Positions 26,756 to 32,000 of a stretch of DNA of 32,000 bases are shown piece by piece. The DNA is from Geotalea uraniireducens Rf4 (GTDB taxonomy: Bacteria > Desulfobacterota > Desulfuromonadia > Geobacterales > Geobacteraceae), in contig NC_009483.1 in the NCBI RefSeq assembly GCF_000016745.1, forward strand, positions 3,030,001 to 3,062,000. Direction: 5' to 3'. Position numbers and translations under genes: made by a program. Every line of letters starts with the position of its first letter. The stretch's first letter is position 1. Below the pieces are notes generated by a model that saw only the letters and a list, made by a program, of their open reading frames with translations, was not told where the DNA came from and made no database searches.

Positions 26756-27135
26756 TGCCCTCCCCCCTGCCTCCGTATCACCTTATCAAGTAAATTTCCT
26801 ATCAAGCAACCTATTGGCACAATCACAGCTGCTTTAAACATGATTTGATAAACTTCAACAAATTGATACCTGTAAGTTTTAGTTGAAAATAAATAGCTTT
26901 CGAACAAATACAGATCAAATATCAGGAGCAGCAAACCTGCACACAGTGGAATAGTCGGCTTTGGCACTGTTTTGATCAGAACTATACATATCAGATACGG
27001 AATCATATTCATGAGGGGAACGATAAGAAAATAGAATGAACCAGACGGCGTGTGAAAACAGGTGAGGTATATATGCAGCGTAATCCCCACTATTGATACG
27101 ATCAATGCTGCAGTGGTCATCGATTTGCTCTTCAT
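26752..27135 (-). CDS. Small integral membrane protein (about 4 TM), AT-rich gene of unknown function
   Basis: 127 aa. GAGGAGGAG RBS 3 nt before the ATG. Its stop overlaps the lipoprotein start (ATGA at 26752-26755). A 60-nt line at 26881 counts 35% GC. Confidence 0.65.
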   Translation of the reverse strand: MKSKSMTTAALIVSIVGITLHIYLTCFHTPSGSFYFLIVPLMNMIPYLICIVLIKTVPKPTIPLCAGLLLLIFDLYLFESYLFSTKTYRYQFVEVYQIMFKAAVIVPIGCLIGNLLDKVIRRQGGGQ

Positions 27136-27190
27136 TTGCTCCTCCTCTTAAACACAGACAAAAACTCCATGATTCACGCTGGCGACGCGT

Positions 27191-27592
27191 TCATTCTTTT
27201 GCTTGGTTCCTTTCTATGCGGGCGAATCGAAAGTACGCCCAGACAGTCATGGAATTGATGACCACGGCGGCCAGGTTCCACACAATCACCGGCCGCGACG
27301 CAATCAAGAGGCCATAATATATCCAAACAATCTGAAAAACCCCCATAATGCCCGCCATCGTCGGGTTTATACCCTTGCTTGACCGTCGCTTGATCATCTT
27401 GATCAAGTCGGGCATGGCGGCAAAGGTCGTTCCAAATCCTGCCACAAAACCAAGGACCTCGGACCGTTGAAACCTGGGGATCAGCAGGCTCGACGTGTCG
27501 TGTACCGCAAATTCCTTGCAGCCACAGAGCATGATCACGCTCAGCAGTACAACCCCGCGCGTCGTCCTGTCGATGGAACCCCTCTTCAGCAT
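27191..27592 (-). CDS. SemiSWEET / PQ-loop family transporter with an N-terminal lipoprotein-type signal
   Basis: Core reads LGFVAGFGTTFAAMPDLIKMIKRRSSKGINPTMAGIMGVFQIVWIYYGLLIASRPVIVWNLAAVVINSMTVWAYF, the 3-TM SemiSWEET pattern. The ATG at 27592 is preceded by a perfect AAGGAG (27599-27604) with a 6-nt spacer. The N-terminus MLKRGSIDRTTRGVVLLSVIMLCGC carries a lipobox-like LCGC. Confidence 0.78.
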   Translation of the reverse strand: MLKRGSIDRTTRGVVLLSVIMLCGCKEFAVHDTSSLLIPRFQRSEVLGFVAGFGTTFAAMPDLIKMIKRRSSKGINPTMAGIMGVFQIVWIYYGLLIASRPVIVWNLAAVVINSMTVWAYFRFARIERNQAKE

Positions 27593-27594
27593 GG

Positions 27595-30360
27595 TCACTC
27601 CTTAATCGAGGCCTCCCCTGCTTGCGAGGCGCCCTTCACGAACGCAGACTTCTTGCCCGCCGCCAGGAGCCGTTCGGCGTCCAGAAGGCCGAAAAGCTGG
27701 ATGAACTTGGCGACCAGCCCGGTCCAGCCGGTCTGATGGCTGGCGCCGAGCCCGGCGCCGTTGTCGCCGTGGAAGTATTCGTAGAAGAGGATATGGTCGC
27801 GCCAGTGGGGATCGGTCTGGAACTTCTCCGTGCCGCCGTAGACGGGTCGCCTGCCGTCCTCGCCCTGCAGGAATATCCGGCCGAGCCGATCGGCGATCTC
27901 CTTGGCCACCTCGAAGAGGTTCATCATCCGCCCCGACCCCGTGGGACATTCGATCTTGAAGTTGTCGCCGTAGTAGAGATAGAAATTCAGGAGCGACCGG
28001 ATGATCATCGCGTTCACCGGCATCCAGACCGGTCCCCGCCAGTTGGAGTTGCCGCCGAACATGCCGGTGTTGGACTCCGCCGGCAGGTAGTCCACCCGAT
28101 ACTCCTGGCCTTGCACGTTAAAAACGAACGGGTTCTGCTCGTGGAACTTGGAGAGGGAGCGGATGCCGTGGGGGCCCAGGAACTCGTCCTCGTCGAGCAT
28201 CTTCGTCAGTATCCGGCGCAGCCGCTCCGGGTTGACCAGGGCAGCTATTCCGCGATCGTTCACGCCAAGATGACCTGGGCCGGTAGGGTGAATAGTCGCC
28301 GAAAGTTCAGGCATCCGGCGCAGGCGCTCATTCATCTTAGCCAGCGCCCGCGGGACGCGCTCACGCTGCCACGCCTCGAGCACCGTGGTGGCGCACAGGG
28401 GAAGGAGACCCACCATGGAGCGCACCTTGAGCCTCTGGGAACTGCCGTCGGGGAGACAGAGCAGGTCGTAATAGAAGCCGTCCTCCTCGTCCCACATACC
28501 GTCCGCTCCGGACCGGTTCATGGCCGCGGCGATATAGTAGAAGTGCTCGGCGAACTTCAGGACCATGTCCTCATAGATGGGGTCGTGGCTGGCGAGCTCA
28601 AATGCGAGTTCCATCATATTCTGGCTGAAGAGGGCCATCCAGGCCGTGCCGTCCGCCTGCTCCAGATGGCCGCCGGTGGGGAGCGGGGCGCTGCGGTCGA
28701 AGACGCCGATATTGTCGAGGCCGAGGAAGCCCCCCTCGAAGACGTTCTTGCCGAAGCGGTCCTTGCGGTTCACCCACCAGGTGAAGTTCAACATCAGCTT
28801 GTTGAACGTCGCCCTGAGGAAATCAAGGTCCGTCTCGCCGCGCAGGGCCTGCTCGGTGCGGTGCAGGAAGAGCGTCGCAAAGGCGTGGACCGGGGGGTTC
28901 ACGTCGCTGAAGTTCCACTCATAGGCAGGCATCTGGCCGCTGGGGTGCAGGTAGACACTCTTGAGCATCAGTTTCATCTGGTCCTTGGCAAAGTCGGGGT
29001 CGACAATGGAGAGGGGGAGCGTGTGGAAGGCCAGGTCCCAGGCCGCGTACCAGGGGTACTCCCACTTGTCGGGCATGGAGATGATGTCTTCATTCAGCAT
29101 GTGGAACCACTCCGAATTCCGGGCGTTTCGATATCCTTTATGGAGGGGGTTGGAGTGGTGCTCGTCCAGCCAGTTGTCACCGTCGAAGAAGAAGAACTGT
29201 TTGCTCCAGAGCATGCCGGCCAGGGCCTGGCGCATCACGTTGGCCGCGTCTTTACTCACTGATGGCGGCGTGACCGACTGGTAAAACTCGTCAGCTTCAC
29301 GAAGCCTGTCAGCGAAGACTTTGTCGAAATTATCGCCAAAGGGTTCCCCCTTCCGGTCCGGAGAACTTTTGGAGAGCCGCAGGCGAATCACTTTGCTATG
29401 ACCGGCGCCGACAGTGACCAGGTAGTGCGCCGCTACCTTGGTCCCCTGCTTGCCGGGATTCACCGCCTCCTGCCGACCGTCCACCACGCAGTCGTTGATG
29501 CCGTCCTTGACGTAGGGGCTCTCGTTCTTTACCCCGAAAAGCCGCTCGTGGTTTGTTTCATTCTCGGTGAAGAGGAGCGGCACCTCACCTTCGCAGAAAA
29601 GGATGAATTCACTCAGCAGCGGATGAGTCGCCGCGACCGCGACAGCGCCCGCCGGCGCCTTGATCTCTTTGAGGTTTGGTTTCTCGGGGGCTCTGTTGGA
29701 TTCGGCAATCCACGCCGACCAGTCGTTCCGGAACCAGAGCGTCGGCAACAGATGCAGCTCTGCCGCGTCCGGTCCCCGGTTGGCCGCCGTGATCCGCACG
29801 AGGATGTCATCGGCATCCCCCTTGGCGTACTCCACGAAGACGTCGAAATAGCGGTCGTCATTGAAGACGCCGGTGTCGAGGAGCTCGTACTCCATCTCCT
29901 TCCGGGTCCGACCACTGTTCGTCCTGACGAGATCCTCATAGGGATAGGGAGCCTGGGGGTACTTGTAGAGGTACTTCATGTACGAGTGGGTCGGCGTGCT
30001 GTCCAGGTAGAAGTAGTACTCCTTCACATCCTCGCCGTGGTTCGCTTCGCTGTTGGTCAATCCGAAGAGCCGTTCCTTGAGAATGGCGTCCTTCCCGTTC
30101 CAGAGGGCGAGAGCAAAGCAGAGGTGCTGCTTGTCATCGGAAATGCCGGCGATGCCGTCCTCGCCCCAGCGGTAGGCGCGCGAGCGGGCATGATCGTGGG
30201 TGAAGAAATTCCAGGCGTCACCCCCTTCGCTGTAATCCTCCCGCACCGTCCCCCATTGTCGTTCGGTGAGGTACGGTCCCCATTTCCGCCACAGAACGTT
30301 ATTTTTACGGGTTTCTTCCAGGCGCTGCGCTTCGCTTGTCAAAGGCTTTTTCTCGTTCAT
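27595..30360 (-). CDS. Cytoplasmic GH63-like (alpha/alpha)6-barrel glucosidase (MGH1-like glycoside hydrolase)
   Basis: 921 aa with no signal peptide. WRKWGPYLTERQWGTVREDYS, KEYYFYLDSTPTHSYMKYLYKYPQ and KWEYPWYAAWDLAFH are typical of the roughly 900-aa bacterial 'glucosidase' family as I recall it. GGGGAGG RBS. Confidence 0.75.
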   Translation of the reverse strand: MNEKKPLTSEAQRLEETRKNNVLWRKWGPYLTERQWGTVREDYSEGGDAWNFFTHDHARSRAYRWGEDGIAGISDDKQHLCFALALWNGKDAILKERLFGLTNSEANHGEDVKEYYFYLDSTPTHSYMKYLYKYPQAPYPYEDLVRTNSGRTRKEMEYELLDTGVFNDDRYFDVFVEYAKGDADDILVRITAANRGPDAAELHLLPTLWFRNDWSAWIAESNRAPEKPNLKEIKAPAGAVAVAATHPLLSEFILFCEGEVPLLFTENETNHERLFGVKNESPYVKDGINDCVVDGRQEAVNPGKQGTKVAAHYLVTVGAGHSKVIRLRLSKSSPDRKGEPFGDNFDKVFADRLREADEFYQSVTPPSVSKDAANVMRQALAGMLWSKQFFFFDGDNWLDEHHSNPLHKGYRNARNSEWFHMLNEDIISMPDKWEYPWYAAWDLAFHTLPLSIVDPDFAKDQMKLMLKSVYLHPSGQMPAYEWNFSDVNPPVHAFATLFLHRTEQALRGETDLDFLRATFNKLMLNFTWWVNRKDRFGKNVFEGGFLGLDNIGVFDRSAPLPTGGHLEQADGTAWMALFSQNMMELAFELASHDPIYEDMVLKFAEHFYYIAAAMNRSGADGMWDEEDGFYYDLLCLPDGSSQRLKVRSMVGLLPLCATTVLEAWQRERVPRALAKMNERLRRMPELSATIHPTGPGHLGVNDRGIAALVNPERLRRILTKMLDEDEFLGPHGIRSLSKFHEQNPFVFNVQGQEYRVDYLPAESNTGMFGGNSNWRGPVWMPVNAMIIRSLLNFYLYYGDNFKIECPTGSGRMMNLFEVAKEIADRLGRIFLQGEDGRRPVYGGTEKFQTDPHWRDHILFYEYFHGDNGAGLGASHQTGWTGLVAKFIQLFGLLDAERLLAAGKKSAFVKGASQAGEASIKE

Positions 30361-30408
30361 GGCTGAACCTCCCCTGGATATGACTTATCAGCTCTGCATA
30401 TTTTCACC

Positions 30409-30444
30409 GTGTCGCCCGGGCACATTGAGACGCCCGGGTGACAC
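30409..30444. repeat. GC-rich 13-bp inverted repeat between the AI-2E gene and the glucosidase gene
   Basis: GTGTCGCCCGGGC-acattgagac-GCCCGGGTGACAC (12/13). Each arm contains the palindrome-like CGCCCGGG. No U-run on either strand. Confidence 0.45.
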
Positions 30445-30470
30445 TGCCGACGGCTCTCCCCTGTTTCCCT

Positions 30471-31589
30471 TCAATCCGTGCGTCTTTCTTCCGGTTGCAA
30501 CTCCTCCTGTTCAGGCCTGCCCCGCGTGATCCACGCCCCGAGCAGGGTGTAGGTCACGGCGAGCATCACCGGCCCTATGAACAGCCCGATAACGCCAAAG
30601 GCGATGAGGCCTCCGATCACGCCGGCAAAGATCAGCAGCAGGGGGAGGTCAGCGCCCTTCTTGATGAGGACCGGGCGGATAAAGTTGTCGATGGTACCGA
30701 CAATGATCCCCCAAACGATCATGGCCGTTCCCCAGAGGGCCTGGTCGACCCAGTACAGCCACACGATCACCGGGATGAGCACGAGGCCGGGACCGACCTG
30801 GGCCACGCAGAGGATGAAAATAACTACCGTAAGCAGGCCCGGAGCCGGGATTCCGGCCACGACCAGACCGATGCCGGCGAGGAGCGACTGGATCACGGCT
30901 GTGACGACGACCCCGAGCGCTACGCCACGGATTGCTTTGGCAGCGAGGATTACAGCGTCTTCGCCGTTCCGGTCGCCCAGCCGCCGTGCAAAGAGGCAGA
31001 TGCCGCTGGCAGCCTTCTCGCCATTGGCAAAGAGGACCGCGCTGATGATCACGGTCAGCAGGAACTGAACGATCATCATTCCGACGTTGCCCGCCCGGGT
31101 AACCAGCCAGCTCACGATCTCCTTCGCATGGGGAGCCAGGCGTTCGGACAGCTCTGCCTGGCCCACCGTCGTGAGATAATGCCAGCGGGCGGCGAGTTTC
31201 GGACCGGCTAAGGGGAGTTGCTCAACCCACTCCGGTGGCGGCGGCATGGTGAACGTGGCAAGGGATTTTGACCAGCCGACAATCTCGTCGGACCGTTCAA
31301 TGATACTGATGATGGCGAGCGTGAAGGGGACGATGAACACCAGCAGCAGCGCAACGGTCATCGCGGTCACGGCAAGCGCCCTCTTGCCCCGGAGCCGCTT
31401 CTGAACGCCTAGCATGAGCGGCCACGTTGTCACCACTATCATGGTTGCCCAAACAAGCGCCGTAAAGAACGGGCGCAGTATCCAGAAACTGGCGGCCGTG
31501 AGGATGCCGATAAAGAGCACCGCCAGGGTCGTGCGGGCGATATCCGGGGTGGTATGATAGGGCGTCATTGGCATTTTCCCCATGGTCAA
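30471..31589 (-). CDS. AI-2E family transporter (PerM/YdiK-like, UPF0118)
   Basis: 372 aa, multi-TM. C-terminal signature TIDNFIRPVLIKKGADLPLLLIFAGVIGGLIAFGVIGLFIGPV. The track start at 31589 is a TTG; an alternative ATG lies at 31583. Confidence 0.88.
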   Translation of the reverse strand: MTMGKMPMTPYHTTPDIARTTLAVLFIGILTAASFWILRPFFTALVWATMIVVTTWPLMLGVQKRLRGKRALAVTAMTVALLLVFIVPFTLAIISIIERSDEIVGWSKSLATFTMPPPPEWVEQLPLAGPKLAARWHYLTTVGQAELSERLAPHAKEIVSWLVTRAGNVGMMIVQFLLTVIISAVLFANGEKAASGICLFARRLGDRNGEDAVILAAKAIRGVALGVVVTAVIQSLLAGIGLVVAGIPAPGLLTVVIFILCVAQVGPGLVLIPVIVWLYWVDQALWGTAMIVWGIIVGTIDNFIRPVLIKKGADLPLLLIFAGVIGGLIAFGVIGLFIGPVMLAVTYTLLGAWITRGRPEQEELQPEERRTD

Positions 31590-31619
31590 AAATCTAGCAG
31601 GTGCTCAACCGAACTTCAT

Positions 31620-32000
31620 TCACGGCGATTTCATGACGTCTCTGGCCGTGATACTGTCGCCCATCTCCTTGCCTAACCGGTCGAGCGCCCGTTGCATCGC
31701 GGCAACCATCGCATCGTAGCTCTGGCCGTCGACCTTCTCGGTTATCGCCGCTTCCTTTACGAGCAGTGACTCGTCGGTTGTCTCCTTTTTGGCAAACACC
31801 CCCCACCTCGCGCTCAGCACGACCGAATCGCCGGGGATACCGTCGAAGCGGGAAATGCTGACCGGAACCCGATACGAGGTCCCCATTATACTCAGGGGCA
31901 TTGACTGCCAGGAGAACACCGAAATGTTGGCAGATGCCAGCCGGCCCGAGAGATTCGCCACGAGAGAGCGGGTGATCTCATCGGCGAGCGACCCTCCCCA
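31620..32000 (-). CDS. PqiC/YmbA-like ABC-transport auxiliary lipoprotein (DUF330), C-terminal part; N-terminus beyond the right edge
   Basis: The frame is open to position 32000. Translation reads WGGSLADEITRSLVANLSGRLASANISVFSW...VPVSISRFDG...VLSARWGVF, matching the PqiC pattern (W.e.L...l...L..nL). The track 'M' at 31961 is an internal GTG (Val). Confidence 0.7.
   Translation of the reverse strand, partial: WGGSLADEITRSLVANLSGRLASANISVFSWQSMPLSIMGTSYRVPVSISRFDGIPGDSVVLSARWGVFAKKETTDESLLVKEAAITEKVDGQSYDAMVAAMQRALDRLGKEMGDSITARDVMKSP

Noticed and set aside
27622-30366. Long plus-strand ORFs 27622-29262 (546 aa) and 29398-30366 (322 aa)
   Set aside because: They are antisense to the GH63-like gene in GC-rich DNA. 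The translation is Arg/Gly/Val/Glu-rich with no recognisable motifs, whereas the minus-strand frame has clear family motifs and an RBS.

Overview
Chromosomal window whose gene order and protein sequences look Desulfuromonadales/Geobacter-like. That lineage call is an inference; no search was run, and all domain and family calls rest on motifs I recognise by eye. No rRNA and no CRISPR array were seen.

Core block (12.4-24.4 kb, minus strand): thrS-infC-rpmI-rplT-pheS-pheT-ihfA-merR-tRNA-Pro, then surE-pcm-rpoS-apt. A CsgD-like LuxR regulator on the plus strand sits between the two halves.

Left accessory part:
- A two-partner secretion pair, tpsB (4202-5833) and a large tpsA. The tpsA ORF (1-4137, minus) is absent from the supplied track because it runs off the left edge.
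- An intact ISL3-family IS (5882-7224) with a perfect 8-bp target duplication, inserted just upstream of tpsB.
- Two SlyD-like FKBP lipoproteins, one fused to a CxxC thioredoxin fold.
- A divergent DUF4382-like lipoprotein with one CXXCH motif.
- An ~850-bp AT-rich gene-poor patch with phased ATTGC repeats.

Right accessory part:
- A truncated tRNA (Val-like 3' fragment) and a 45-codon integrase N-terminal remnant in an AT-rich patch.
- A tightly packed, GC-richer minus-strand cluster: GH63-like glucosidase, SemiSWEET with a lipobox, an AT-rich small membrane protein, a lipoprotein and an outer-membrane barrel-like protein.
- An AI-2E transporter and a partial PqiC-like lipoprotein.

Most interesting candidates:
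- The FKBP/thioredoxin lipoprotein pair apparently co-operonic with the TPS system and now split from it by the IS.
- The glucosidase-to-outer-membrane five-gene cluster.
- The two AT-rich scars next to tRNA fragments.
- A Phe-rich mini-ORF threaded through the terminator in front of pheS.
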